A DNA stretch of 64,000 nt from Candidatus Bathyarchaeota archaeon (GCA_963715865.1 OY970280.1:1888001-1952000); one strand, 5' to 3'; positions 10,000 to 18,559 are shown, counted from the stretch's first letter. The notes: generated by a model from the sequence alone, not told the origin. A program made the numbers and translations.

Positions 10000-10467
10000 T
10001 TAACTTTCCTTGCAGCCGTGCCGTACCTTAACAGCTACGCCTGTTTTAAAAGCAGTCATCTCCACGCTTGAAAGCAATGCACGCCCAACCGCTAAAACAT
10101 GCTTATCCTCATCTAAAACGATTACTTCATCTTTAGCGCCAACTTCAGCATCAACCTTGACCACGTGAACGGCAAAAACGTCCCCGCCATCAGCAATGAA
10201 CTCAGAAACATCATTACGCACTGTAACAAAGCATTGGGCAAAAGCCAAGTTTTCAGCCATAAACTTTGCCGCTTTAATGCTTAAAGAAAGCAAGCCGTCA
10301 GTTGGACGCAGAGTAGCTAATCTTTCGCCTTTCAAGTTAATGAAGCGAATTCTGCCTGTTCTTGAAGAATATTGAATTTCAACGTTTTCTGGAAATAGCT
10401 TTGTGCCTACGCCTTTTCCAAACTGGTAATCAGCAATACTTCTCACTTTGCCAAGTGCGTTCTCCAC
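10000..10467 (-). CDS. PUA-domain RNA-binding protein (archaeosine TGT C-terminal-like)
   Basis: IADYQFG, SRTGRIR, LATLRPTDG, DVFAVHV, LAVGRA, GVAVKVRHG; GGTGA SD before GTG. Confidence 0.88.
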   Translation of the reverse strand: MENALGKVRSIADYQFGKGVGTKLFPENVEIQYSSRTGRIRFINLKGERLATLRPTDGLLSLSIKAAKFMAENLAFAQCFVTVRNDVSEFIADGGDVFAVHVVKVDAEVGAKDEVIVLDEDKHVLAVGRALLSSVEMTAFKTGVAVKVRHGCKES

Positions 10468-10540
10468 ATTTTCACCATCGATTGGTTTTTTGTTGTTTCG
10501 ACAAGTATAAACATAACAAGATAATAAAGACAGTGAAAGG

Positions 10541-11078
10541 GTGAAAGCTTACTTGAGATGCGAAGTCTGCGGACACAAAATTCACACTGAACCAATAACG
10601 GCAGTAATTGAAGGAGCTAAACTAACGGTTTGCGTTGAATGCTCAAAACATGGCAAAATAATCCATGAAGAAGCAGCCCTTCCCCAACAAGCCCTCAAAA
10701 AACCGCAGGCGCCAATTACACTGGTTCAGAAAAAACCAATAGTGGCTAAAGTAGAAATTACTCAAGAGATCACAGAAGATTATGCAAATAAGATAAAGCT
10801 GGCACGGGAAAAACTAGCGCTTACACATGAGGAACTCGGCAAAAAAATAAATGAGAAAGCCTCGGTTTTAAGAAACCTTGAAGGTGGGAAAATGGCGCCA
10901 AATAACCAGCTTAGCCTCAAAGCTTGAGCACATGTTAAAAATCAAGTTGCTTGTTCCAATCTCTGAAGAAAAAATCACTCAAATTCCTCAGTCCGCCAGC
11001 CGAGAATTGACGTTGGGCGACCTCATGGAATTGAACAAGAAAGGCGGGGAGGAGCCTACAGAACGAAAGCCATCATAG
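10541..11078 (+). CDS. mbf1: Archaeal multiprotein bridging factor 1 (Zn ribbon + HTH), interrupted by a +1 frameshift near 10913
   Basis: CEVCG/CVECS ribbon, IKLAREKLALTHEELGKKINEKAS HTH; C-terminal ASKLEHMLKIKLL...LTLGD lies in the next frame (ORF 10878..11078). Confidence 0.9.
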
Positions 11079-12334
11079 CGCAACGCAGGCTGAACCGTGA
11101 AAACTCAAGTTTAGATGAACTTAAAAGTTTAGCAGAATCCGCCGGATACACAGTTGTCGCCACATTAGAGCAAACTAGACCGCCTGATGCTCGCTACCAA
11201 ATAGGCGCTGGAAAAGTAGAAGAACTCGCCGAACTAGTCAAGGAAACCGGCGCAGAAAAAGTAATTTTTGACAACCAACTAAAAACACGCCAAACCTACA
11301 ATCTGGCAAAAGCAACACGAGTCGAAGTCATCGACAGGTTTCAGCTTATTCTTGAAATTTTCACTAAAAGAGCCACAACAACCGAAGCCCAAATGCAAAT
11401 CCAACTGGCCACACTGCAAAATGAGCTTAAGCATGCGAAAGAAAAAGTAAGATTAGCCAAAATGAGAGAGCAGCCTGGCTTTATGGGACTTGGATCTTAC
11501 GAAGCAGACGTTTACAAAGAAGCCATAAAACTACAAGTTCAAACAATCCTTAAAAAACTGAAAAAAATCCGCGAAAAAAGAATCCTGCACCGAGAAAGAA
11601 GAACGGAACTGGGTTTCCTTGCTATTTCACTTGCTGGATACACGAATGCTGGAAAAAGCTCCCTGTTTAACGCTTTAACCGAAGAAACCGTGCGAGTGGA
11701 TAAGTCATTATTTACTACTCTTTCAACGACCACGCGGATGGTGGAGTTTTCAAACCGCAAGTTTCTTTTAACAGACACCGTCGGCTTCATTGACCGATTG
11801 CCTTTATCGCTGATTGAAGCATTTCATTCAACCTTGGAAGAAACCATTTATTCAGACCTGATAATACTTGTTTTAGATTTAAGCGAGCCCATAGAAACAA
11901 TCGAGAAGAAAAACAACATCTGTCTGGAGACAATTGACCGCCTTGGAGCAGCAGGCATACCAACCATAACCGCACTAAACAAAATTGACTTAATCAGCGA
12001 AGCTGAAACTAAGCAGAAACTGAAAGCTCTAGAAGAGAAAACGCAAAATCCAATTCTCCTATCAGCAAAGTGCCAAACAAACCTCGACTTACTAAGACAG
12101 GAAATACTCAAAATTCTTGAAAATTACGTGCAAGCCCAGTTCTCTGTTCCGTTAACTAATAAGGCAATGCCATTTATCTCGTGGGTTCACGAAAAAACAG
12201 ACATCAGAAAAGAAAATTTCACCAACGATTCGGTTCAAGTAGTCTTTGAAGCTACCCCAGAATTAGCTGAGCAAGTGAGAAGAAAAGTGGAAGAATTAAA
12301 TGGCAAATTTGAAACCAACTCAAAAACAAAATGA
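11063..12334 (+). CDS. hflX: GTPase HflX; no ATG/GTG/TTG before 11393, putative ACG start at 11063
   Basis: In-frame upstream sequence KAIIAQRRLNRENSSLDELKSLAESAGY...YQIGAGK...VIDRFQLILEIF is the HflX N-domain; GYTNAGKS, LFTTL, DTVGF, NKID G-motifs. Confidence 0.93.
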   Translation, partial: TKAIIAQRRLNRENSSLDELKSLAESAGYTVVATLEQTRPPDARYQIGAGKVEELAELVKETGAEKVIFDNQLKTRQTYNLAKATRVEVIDRFQLILEIFTKRATTTEAQMQIQLATLQNELKHAKEKVRLAKMREQPGFMGLGSYEADVYKEAIKLQVQTILKKLKKIREKRILHRERRTELGFLAISLAGYTNAGKSSLFNALTEETVRVDKSLFTTLSTTTRMVEFSNRKFLLTDTVGFIDRLPLSLIEAFHSTLEETIYSDLIILVLDLSEPIETIEKKNNICLETIDRLGAAGIPTITALNKIDLISEAETKQKLKALEEKTQNPILLSAKCQTNLDLLRQEILKILENYVQAQFSVPLTNKAMPFISWVHEKTDIRKENFTNDSVQVVFEATPELAEQVRRKVEELNGKFETNSKTK

Positions 12335-12335
12335 C

Positions 12336-12890
12336 ACGCCTCAAATTGTTGTCTTAAGATGGGGGCATAGACCACAGCGGGACGTGCGATTAACTACCCA
12401 TGTCGCTTTAACTGCAAGGGCACTATGCGCTTCAGGCTTCATACTTTCAGACGTAGAAGACCCCAAAATAGAAGAAACCATAATGAAAGTCACCAAGAAT
12501 TGGGGTGGAACATTCTCTTTTGAAATGGGAACCTCATGGAAAAAGGCTGTTCGTGACTGGAAGGCTAAAGACGGCATTGTCACCCATTTAACGGCTTATG
12601 GAGAGAACATTCAAACAAGCGACGTTCTAAGCAGAATTAAAAAGCTGAATAAAGACGTTTTAGTTATTGTTGGAAGCCAGAAGGTTCCAGGCGAATTTTA
12701 TTCAAGCAATGTATCGGATTTTAACGTGTCTATTGGGAATCAACCCCATTCAGAATGTGCTGCGCTTGCAATATTTTTAGACAGATTTTTTGAAGGCAAA
12801 GAGTTAGCTAAAGGATTCGAAAAGGCGAAAATAGAGATTGTTCCCAGAGAAAGGGGAAAAGAAATCAAAAGTGATGTTGAATTTCCTTAA
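12336..12890 (+). CDS. trm56: tRNA (cytidine(56)-2'-O)-methyltransferase; start uncertain (ACG 12336 or ATG 12300)
   Basis: VVLRWGHRPQRDVRLTTHVALTARA, HLTAYG, VGSQKVP, NQPHSECAALAIFLDR SPOUT motifs. Confidence 0.93.
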   Translation, partial: TPQIVVLRWGHRPQRDVRLTTHVALTARALCASGFILSDVEDPKIEETIMKVTKNWGGTFSFEMGTSWKKAVRDWKAKDGIVTHLTAYGENIQTSDVLSRIKKLNKDVLVIVGSQKVPGEFYSSNVSDFNVSIGNQPHSECAALAIFLDRFFEGKELAKGFEKAKIEIVPRERGKEIKSDVEFP

Positions 12891-12953
12891 AACACGTAAG
12901 AAGAGTTTTATTACAGCTAGTTTCAATATTATATGTTAAAGGAACATTAGACT

Positions 12954-13466
12954 ATGTTATCGACTATTGATGATGCAACCTTAATGAAAGTGGCTTTGGC
13001 GTTAGGTGAAGAAGACGCGGTTAAACTTATTGAACACCTCAAAGGCGTAGAAGAAATAACGGACGATGAAATCGCGAACAAAACAGGCATTCGTCTTAAT
13101 TCAGTTCGCAAAATCCTCTACAAACTTTACGATCATTCACTTGTAAGCCTTAGAAGGACACGTGATCCAAAAACAGGCTGGTTTATTTTTCACTGGAGAC
13201 TTCAACCAGACCAGTTGGAAGGGTTTATTTTAAGCCAAAAACGCAGGGTTCTGGAGAAACTGAATGTTAGGTTGGAATATGAAAAGAACCATGACTTCTA
13301 TTACTGTGGTAGTCCAGAATGCAAGCGGGTTCCTTTTGAAGAGGCCGTTGAACTAGTTTTCCATTGTTCCACCTGTAGCAAACCCCTTGTGCATTTTGCA
13401 AACGAAAAAATGATAAGTAAACTCTCTGAAAAAGTTGATTTGTTAAGGAAGGAACTCGGTGAGTAA
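12954..13466 (+). CDS. tfe: Transcription factor E alpha subunit
   Basis: wHTH TDDEIANKTGIRLNSVRKILYKLY, GWFIFHW, Zn ribbon CGSPEC...CSTC. Confidence 0.95.
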   Translation: MLSTIDDATLMKVALALGEEDAVKLIEHLKGVEEITDDEIANKTGIRLNSVRKILYKLYDHSLVSLRRTRDPKTGWFIFHWRLQPDQLEGFILSQKRRVLEKLNVRLEYEKNHDFYYCGSPECKRVPFEEAVELVFHCSTCSKPLVHFANEKMISKLSEKVDLLRKELGE

Positions 13467-13983
13467 CAGGCTTCCTTCAAGGGAGCAAGCAATCGAACTT
13501 CTCCGCAAAAACAATTGCTCACCTAAAGTCATTAATCACTGTGAAGCGGTTGCAAAATTTGCTATGGAAACCGCAAGCAAACTTGAAAAGAAAGGCCTAA
13601 AAATAGACTTTAAACTCGTTGAAGTAGGCGCTCTTTTACATGACATTGGTCGTTCAAAAACTCACACTGTGGATCACGCGGTTATAGGTGCTAAGATAGC
13701 TGAATCAGCAGGTTTGCCAGAACCGGTTGTTAGGATAATTAAGAGGCATGTGGGCGGCGGAATTACATCTGAAGAAGCAGAGAAGTTTGGTTGGCCAAAA
13801 GATGTTTATGTGCCCCTCACTTTGGAAGAGAAAATTGTTTCATACGCCGACAAGGTAATTGAACAGTCAAAGAGAGTTCCGATTGACTTAGAGATTGAGC
13901 AGCTTCGAATGGAGCACAAAGATGATGCTGCAGAAAGAGTTAGAAAGCTTAATGAGGAAATAACCGGTCTATTGGGCAATTAA
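13459..13983 (+). CDS. HD-domain phosphohydrolase (archaeal HDIG family)
   Basis: HCEAV, LLHDIGR, HAVIG, RHVGGG, EKIVSYADK. Confidence 0.9.
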   Translation: MSNRLPSREQAIELLRKNNCSPKVINHCEAVAKFAMETASKLEKKGLKIDFKLVEVGALLHDIGRSKTHTVDHAVIGAKIAESAGLPEPVVRIIKRHVGGGITSEEAEKFGWPKDVYVPLTLEEKIVSYADKVIEQSKRVPIDLEIEQLRMEHKDDAAERVRKLNEEITGLLGN

Positions 13984-13985
13984 AC

Positions 13986-14768
13986 ATGACGACCTTAACA
14001 TTGCTCGTTAAAGCTTCCCATTCGGTTCAACTAAAACAAATAGATGATTTGTTAAAAGCTGAATTTGAAAATTTAGACTTAGACGTGAAGGTTTTAGGAA
14101 GCCCTGTTAACAGGTGGGTTCAAGTTTCCCTTTCAGGAGAAGACGAAGTCATAGCTACAAGCTATATCAACAAGAAAATAGGCGCTTGCCCCGTAAGCAT
14201 AAAAAACGTGAATCAGTTTTCGGTTTTAAAGGGATACATTTCCAAAGTTGACGATGCCAGACAAGAATTGAAGGTGGATGTTGGCGTTTTTGAGCCCAAG
14301 ACAATCCAAGCAACCATACCTTTAGCATATTTACAAGCTCAACTTGCGGATGGCAGAAAGGTTGCTTTGAAAAAAATCTCAGAAATCTACGGTTTACATG
14401 AGAATTTACCATTAAGCATAAAAGTAATTCGCCTAAACGGTGAGGAAGACGATGTGTTGCAAGCGGAATTATCAATGGAGCAAATCGAAAAAATCCATTT
14501 ATGGCAGCAGTCCCTTTTGGACAGGTTAATCATTTTAGGTTCGTCTCTTGGCGAGATAGAGACTGTGCTTGAACGGACTAGGCTAAACAGGGACGTTATT
14601 GGCACGGAGGCGTTAGGTATGTTTGAGCATGCTTTGACCTGTAAACTTGGTACAGATGCAACTGGTTTGATTCCGAAAATTGGCTGGTACATGAAGAATG
14701 CGGCTTTTATTGTTTTTAACCCTAAGAAAATCATTGGTTTTCTGGGTGAACAAGCATTAAACTTATAA
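13986..14768 (+). CDS. DUF2110-like conserved archaeal protein
   Basis: KVDVGV OB-like segment, LDRLII, LGMFEHALTCKLGTDATGLIPKIG. Confidence 0.7.
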   Translation: MTTLTLLVKASHSVQLKQIDDLLKAEFENLDLDVKVLGSPVNRWVQVSLSGEDEVIATSYINKKIGACPVSIKNVNQFSVLKGYISKVDDARQELKVDVGVFEPKTIQATIPLAYLQAQLADGRKVALKKISEIYGLHENLPLSIKVIRLNGEEDDVLQAELSMEQIEKIHLWQQSLLDRLIILGSSLGEIETVLERTRLNRDVIGTEALGMFEHALTCKLGTDATGLIPKIGWYMKNAAFIVFNPKKIIGFLGEQALNL

Positions 14769-14834
14769 TGGTGTACATTAATAGGTAAATAATCTATTAT
14801 CCAAATAAGACCAACAAGAGAGGGGAAGAAGTTC

Positions 14835-14996
14835 ATGAGCCAAGGTGAAGAAAAAGAGAGAAAAAAATACAGAATTGATATAGGAGCTTATGGCAGCATA
14901 GGTGTCGAGGCACCAACAAAGAAAGAGTGTTTGGAGCTATTCAATGAAGTCACTAGAACTAGACGTGACTCAAAGCTAGACGAAGCGATAAGATAA
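14835..14996 (+). CDS. Small hypothetical protein (53 aa), not in the ORF track
   Basis: MSQGEEKERKKYRIDIGAYGSIGVEAPTKKECLELFNEVTRTRRDSKLDEAIR; purine-rich GAGGGG upstream. Confidence 0.5.
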   Translation: MSQGEEKERKKYRIDIGAYGSIGVEAPTKKECLELFNEVTRTRRDSKLDEAIR

Positions 14997-15087
14997 CCTT
15001 AAGCACTAAATCAATCTGCTTAACCATACGCTTCTAAATTTACTTAGTCATATTAGAGACAAAATTCTAGCTTGCACATTTACAGTC

Positions 15088-15243
15088 TTAAAGTACATCG
15101 TGCTCTTCTTTGCAATGCCGCTCATAATCCTTCCTGTTATCGTATACTGCTTGATCCAGAGGGCACCTAAACTTGTTATCTTTAGTCATTTCAGGCTCTG
15201 GCACAGATATGTTCGATTCTCTTCTAGAACGCTTTTCTGACAA
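15088..15243 (-). CDS. Small C2H2-like zinc-finger protein (51 aa)
   Basis: GGAGG SD 7 nt before TTG 15243; CPLD-x9-HCKEEH pattern. Confidence 0.6.
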   Translation of the reverse strand: MSEKRSRRESNISVPEPEMTKDNKFRCPLDQAVYDNRKDYERHCKEEHDVL

Positions 15244-15421
15244 AACATCGCCTCCAATCAAAAGCTGATCTTTAAAACAAGTACTTAGGGCATACAAAAT
15301 AATTATTAAGATTATGTGATTGCGTCCACCCCACAAATAGCAATTTATGGGCTCATAAAGCATCAAAGTAGCTTTTGTTTACATAAGAAAAGTCTCTCAT
15401 AAACATACGCTGATATAAAAG

Positions 15422-15832
15422 CTATTGAAATTTTTTCAGTGCATCTTCAAGCTGGCTAAAACTTTTCAAAATCACGTCGGAATGTGCTATAATCCAGGGG
15501 CTCAAGCACTCCATTTCCGAAACCACTATGACTTTCTTGCCTTTACGTTTGGCGTAAAACAGCTCCATACATGCTCCTGCCGAAAGTTTGGGCAAATAAA
15601 CAACCATAATGTCACATCTGTCAGCATCATTTAAATCCCTCTGAATAAAGTCAAACGTGGGAACTCTATTCCACCAGTATTCCTTGCCTCCTTTATAGAG
15701 GACTTTTTCTCTAAGCCACGGATCAATGACATCAAACCCTGTTCTAGCAAGGACGCCAGTGATTTTTTCTCGATACTCTTGGTTGTTTTCCATGCCCAGA
15801 ATGGGGCCTGATATGAACACTAGCTTTTTCAT
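15422..15832 (-). CDS. Nucleoside 2-deoxyribosyltransferase family protein
   Basis: VFISGPI, VIDPW, RDLNDADRCDIMVV, SAGACMELFYA motifs. Confidence 0.8.
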   Translation of the reverse strand: MKKLVFISGPILGMENNQEYREKITGVLARTGFDVIDPWLREKVLYKGGKEYWWNRVPTFDFIQRDLNDADRCDIMVVYLPKLSAGACMELFYAKRKGKKVIVVSEMECLSPWIIAHSDVILKSFSQLEDALKKFQ

Positions 15833-15943
15833 AGTTTAATCAAACCGTAAAATTATTGAAAGCCTTGAAGACTTAATATTCTTTCTTAAAAGCGCCTCAC
15901 AATCTTTCTTTTTTCATCCTTCAACTTAAAAAAAATGTTTGCA

Positions 15944-15967
15944 AGTGGGCCGAGCCGTACTTGAACC
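15944..15967 (-). repeat. att-like direct repeat of the tRNA-Val 3' end
   Basis: agtgggccgagccgtacttgaacc vs agtgggccgagccggacttgaacc at 17330-17353 (23/24 identical). Confidence 0.9.
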
Positions 15968-16099
15968 AAATTGGTACAAGCCATAAGAGCAGTTTAAGGG
16001 ACTTTATCCTCTAATTAAAAAAATCAGCTGAAGTAAAAGGAAAGCTATAGGTCTTTATTCACAGGAAAATTTCTTATTCAAACAAACCTACTTTACACT

Positions 16100-17083
16100 A
16101 TGGCCAAATTTCTTTCTTTCACCGAGCTCTATGAAACGATTCAGCAAAAGTCCTCAGAAACAAGAGAGATTTTATGGGTATGTTCTCCCTATGTTGGATT
16201 AGATGCCCACAAGGTTTTTTCACAAGAAATCCTCAGGAATCCTCCATCGGATATTCGGTTTGTTTTTCGACTAAATGATATTAGTATAAGAAGAGGTGAA
16301 GTTAATCCGTATGAAATACAGTATTTCATGGAGCATTTTAAAGGTTGTAGTGTTAAGTCCCATGATACTTTCCATTCAAAGATTTACATTTTTGACAATT
16401 CAGCGTTGATAACATCTGCCAACTTAACGAAAACTGCCTTTGAAAGCAATATTGAAGTTGGAGTAATGCTCGAAGGCTCCCAAGTGGATGAAGTAAAGAG
16501 CTTCTTTAATCAAAGTTTATGGGAAACTGCAAAACCGATAGGTGATTTAAAAAAATTCAAGCAAATCTGGAATATAGCGCAAAAGAGTGCAAAAAACGGT
16601 AATTTGAAGAAAGCTAAGCCTCATACGAAAATCAAGGATTGGACGGATGATTATGTTAATACATGGTACATTGGTGTTCCCTGTCGGATGTCGGCAAAGA
16701 CTGAGCGGAAGATAAAGAAAGAAACGAACTGGCGGACTAAACTCTCGTTAGTAGGAGACATTGGTTATCACGCTTTTAAGGAAATTAAACTCGGTGACTT
16801 GGCATATTTAGCTAACTTGAACAAGAAACGGGGTAAAATAGAGATTGAATTGGCACGAATATATGATAAAAGTAGGGTTGAAACTGATGAGGGAGATCTT
16901 CATTTTGCATATGAAACAGAAAATACCTACTTGCTAGAAAGGAAACAATTCTATGAAATGCTAAAAAATGCAGATATTGGTTCTAGAACCTTTGAAACTA
17001 TACTTGATGATGATCAACTAAAGCATATAGCTAATGTTCTTTCTTCAATCAAGCTTAAAAGGAAAAGGAAATCAAAAACTTAG
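16100..17083 (+). CDS. Phospholipase D-family nuclease (single HKD motif) with uncharacterised C-terminal domain
   Basis: HSKIYIFD, ITSANLT, NIEVG motifs; N-terminal VCSPY. Confidence 0.8.
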   Translation: MAKFLSFTELYETIQQKSSETREILWVCSPYVGLDAHKVFSQEILRNPPSDIRFVFRLNDISIRRGEVNPYEIQYFMEHFKGCSVKSHDTFHSKIYIFDNSALITSANLTKTAFESNIEVGVMLEGSQVDEVKSFFNQSLWETAKPIGDLKKFKQIWNIAQKSAKNGNLKKAKPHTKIKDWTDDYVNTWYIGVPCRMSAKTERKIKKETNWRTKLSLVGDIGYHAFKEIKLGDLAYLANLNKKRGKIEIELARIYDKSRVETDEGDLHFAYETENTYLLERKQFYEMLKNADIGSRTFETILDDDQLKHIANVLSSIKLKRKRKSKT

Positions 17084-17331
17084 CAGCGCGCACTTCAATT
17101 TAAGACTGATTACCTGAAAAGTGTCCAATCAAAATGTCTGAGAATGAAGTTTGAGTTAAGAATGCGAATTTAAAGTTCGGAGTCAATTATTGTGCTTGCT
17201 TTTTCCATTTAATTTCGGAGTTTTTCTTTCTGCATCTTTATATGTGTGCGAAGCGCTAAGCACAACGGATTCTAATTAGATTCGAACCTGAGCAAGTTTA
17301 GGCCTCTATGGGATTTGAACCTAAATGGGAG

Positions 17332-17406
17332 TGGGCCGAGCCGGACTTGAACCGGCGACCTTTGGCTCGTAAAGCCAACGTCCTAACCAAGCTAGACGAC
17401 CGGCCC
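17332..17406 (-). tRNA. tRNA-Val(TAC), no intron, CCA not encoded
   Basis: GGGCCGG acceptor stem, anticodon arm TTGGC-TTTACGA-GCCAA, T-arm GCCGG-TTCAAGT-CCGGC, discriminator A. Confidence 0.97.
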
Positions 17407-17519
17407 GCACATTTTGCTTATTCAAAGCTTGATTTAAGGTGTTTGGATTAAGGAATTGCATTTGGTTCATATTAGAATTTTCCTTATCCTAAGGTCAATT
17501 AGTCATATTGAAAAAACTT

Positions 17520-18443
17520 TTAGCCTTTACTTTGCGATTTTTTGGTTGTAACCAAGAAAACTCCGATGAAAATCAAGACTGCGCCTGCTAGAACCGAGGG
17601 ATATAATGTTTCGTTGACGAAGAGTACGGCGAAAACTACGGTGACGAGTGGTTCCGCGAAGAGAAAAGAGCTTGCAGTTGCCCCTGCTTTTTTTAGCACG
17701 TAGAACCAAATGTAGTATCCGAGCAGTGAACAGGTCGAAGACAGGTACAGTATCCCTAGCCACTGATTGGTTGTTAGGGTGAAGATTTGGAAGAATGAGT
17801 TGTCAGCCAACGAGAAGGGAATTAAGCAGACGCCACCCAGTAGGCTAACGTAAGCCACGACCAGGAAGGCGTCATATTTCTGCATGATTTTCTCGCCCAG
17901 CAGGCTGTAAACTGCCCACATCACAGGCGTAGAAAGCAGTATAAGAGTGCCCACCAAGAACGTCATGCTTCCCTCAAGATTCAAAAGGTCAGCTAAAACA
18001 ACTAACAAAGTGCCTGCCACAGCAGTGATTATCCCAACGGTTTGCTTTTTCATTAAATGCTCACCGAACAATCGAGCCGAGAAAACCGTTATGAGTAAGG
18101 GCGATAGAAGACAGACAAGAACAGCTGCAATCGACGCTCCAGCCAGCTGAATCCCCGTATATTGAATGGTGAAGAAGAAAGTTACGCCGGTCAACGCAAG
18201 TGCAAGCAGTGTCAAGAGGTCTCTTTTTTGGACACGAAGCTTGTAGTCTGGGCTTACACGTTTTTTAGCCATTAGCGCGATGAGGAAGAGGGCTCCAGCG
18301 ACCAGAAACCTGAAAGTTGCAACGGCAGTCGGGGAAAGTCCGTCGCCTAAAAGTTCCTTCACCACGACAAATGAGCTGCCCCAGAAAACAATCAGTAGCA
18401 CCATTAAGAAAGCCTGAAAGGGACTGATTGAACGGGAAGCCAT
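17520..18443 (-). CDS. EamA/DMT family transporter
   Basis: FWGSSF, FRFLVA, two EamA repeats, about 10 TM helices, EPLVT. Confidence 0.92.
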   Translation of the reverse strand: MASRSISPFQAFLMVLLIVFWGSSFVVVKELLGDGLSPTAVATFRFLVAGALFLIALMAKKRVSPDYKLRVQKRDLLTLLALALTGVTFFFTIQYTGIQLAGASIAAVLVCLLSPLLITVFSARLFGEHLMKKQTVGIITAVAGTLLVVLADLLNLEGSMTFLVGTLILLSTPVMWAVYSLLGEKIMQKYDAFLVVAYVSLLGGVCLIPFSLADNSFFQIFTLTTNQWLGILYLSSTCSLLGYYIWFYVLKKAGATASSFLFAEPLVTVVFAVLFVNETLYPSVLAGAVLIFIGVFLVTTKKSQSKG

Positions 18444-18535
18444 GTCTCAAAGTATTGCTGTTTTCCTTTTAAGCATTAAACAAGTCACGTGCCAATTTGA
18501 TGTGAAAAGGTGGGCTGAGCCCTTATTTGGTTGAG

Positions 18536-18559
18536 ACTTATATATTAAGTTGACTTAAT
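18536..18559 (+). promoter_or_regulatory. TATA box (TTATATAT) overlapped by palindrome ATTAAGT-TG-ACTTAAT upstream of the ferritin-like gene
   Basis: Perfect 7-bp arms at 18544-18559; second overlapping ACTTA-N5-TAAGT at 18536-18550. Confidence 0.55.

Larger units (their letters stand above)
15944..17353. mobile_element. tRNA-Val-integrated mini-island or remnant (single cargo gene, no integrase)
   Basis: Bounded by the 24-bp tRNA 3'-end direct repeats; AT-rich content. Confidence 0.7.

Noticed and set aside
10925-10927. Selenocysteine or other readthrough at the mbf1 TGA or proS TAA
   Set aside because: Homology continues in a different frame, so these are frameshifts, not stop readthrough
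17332-17406. Need for C8-to-U editing or an intron in tRNA-Val
   Set aside because: Position 8 is already T and the cloverleaf is complete at 75 nt, so the tRNA gives no independent support for an editing enzyme
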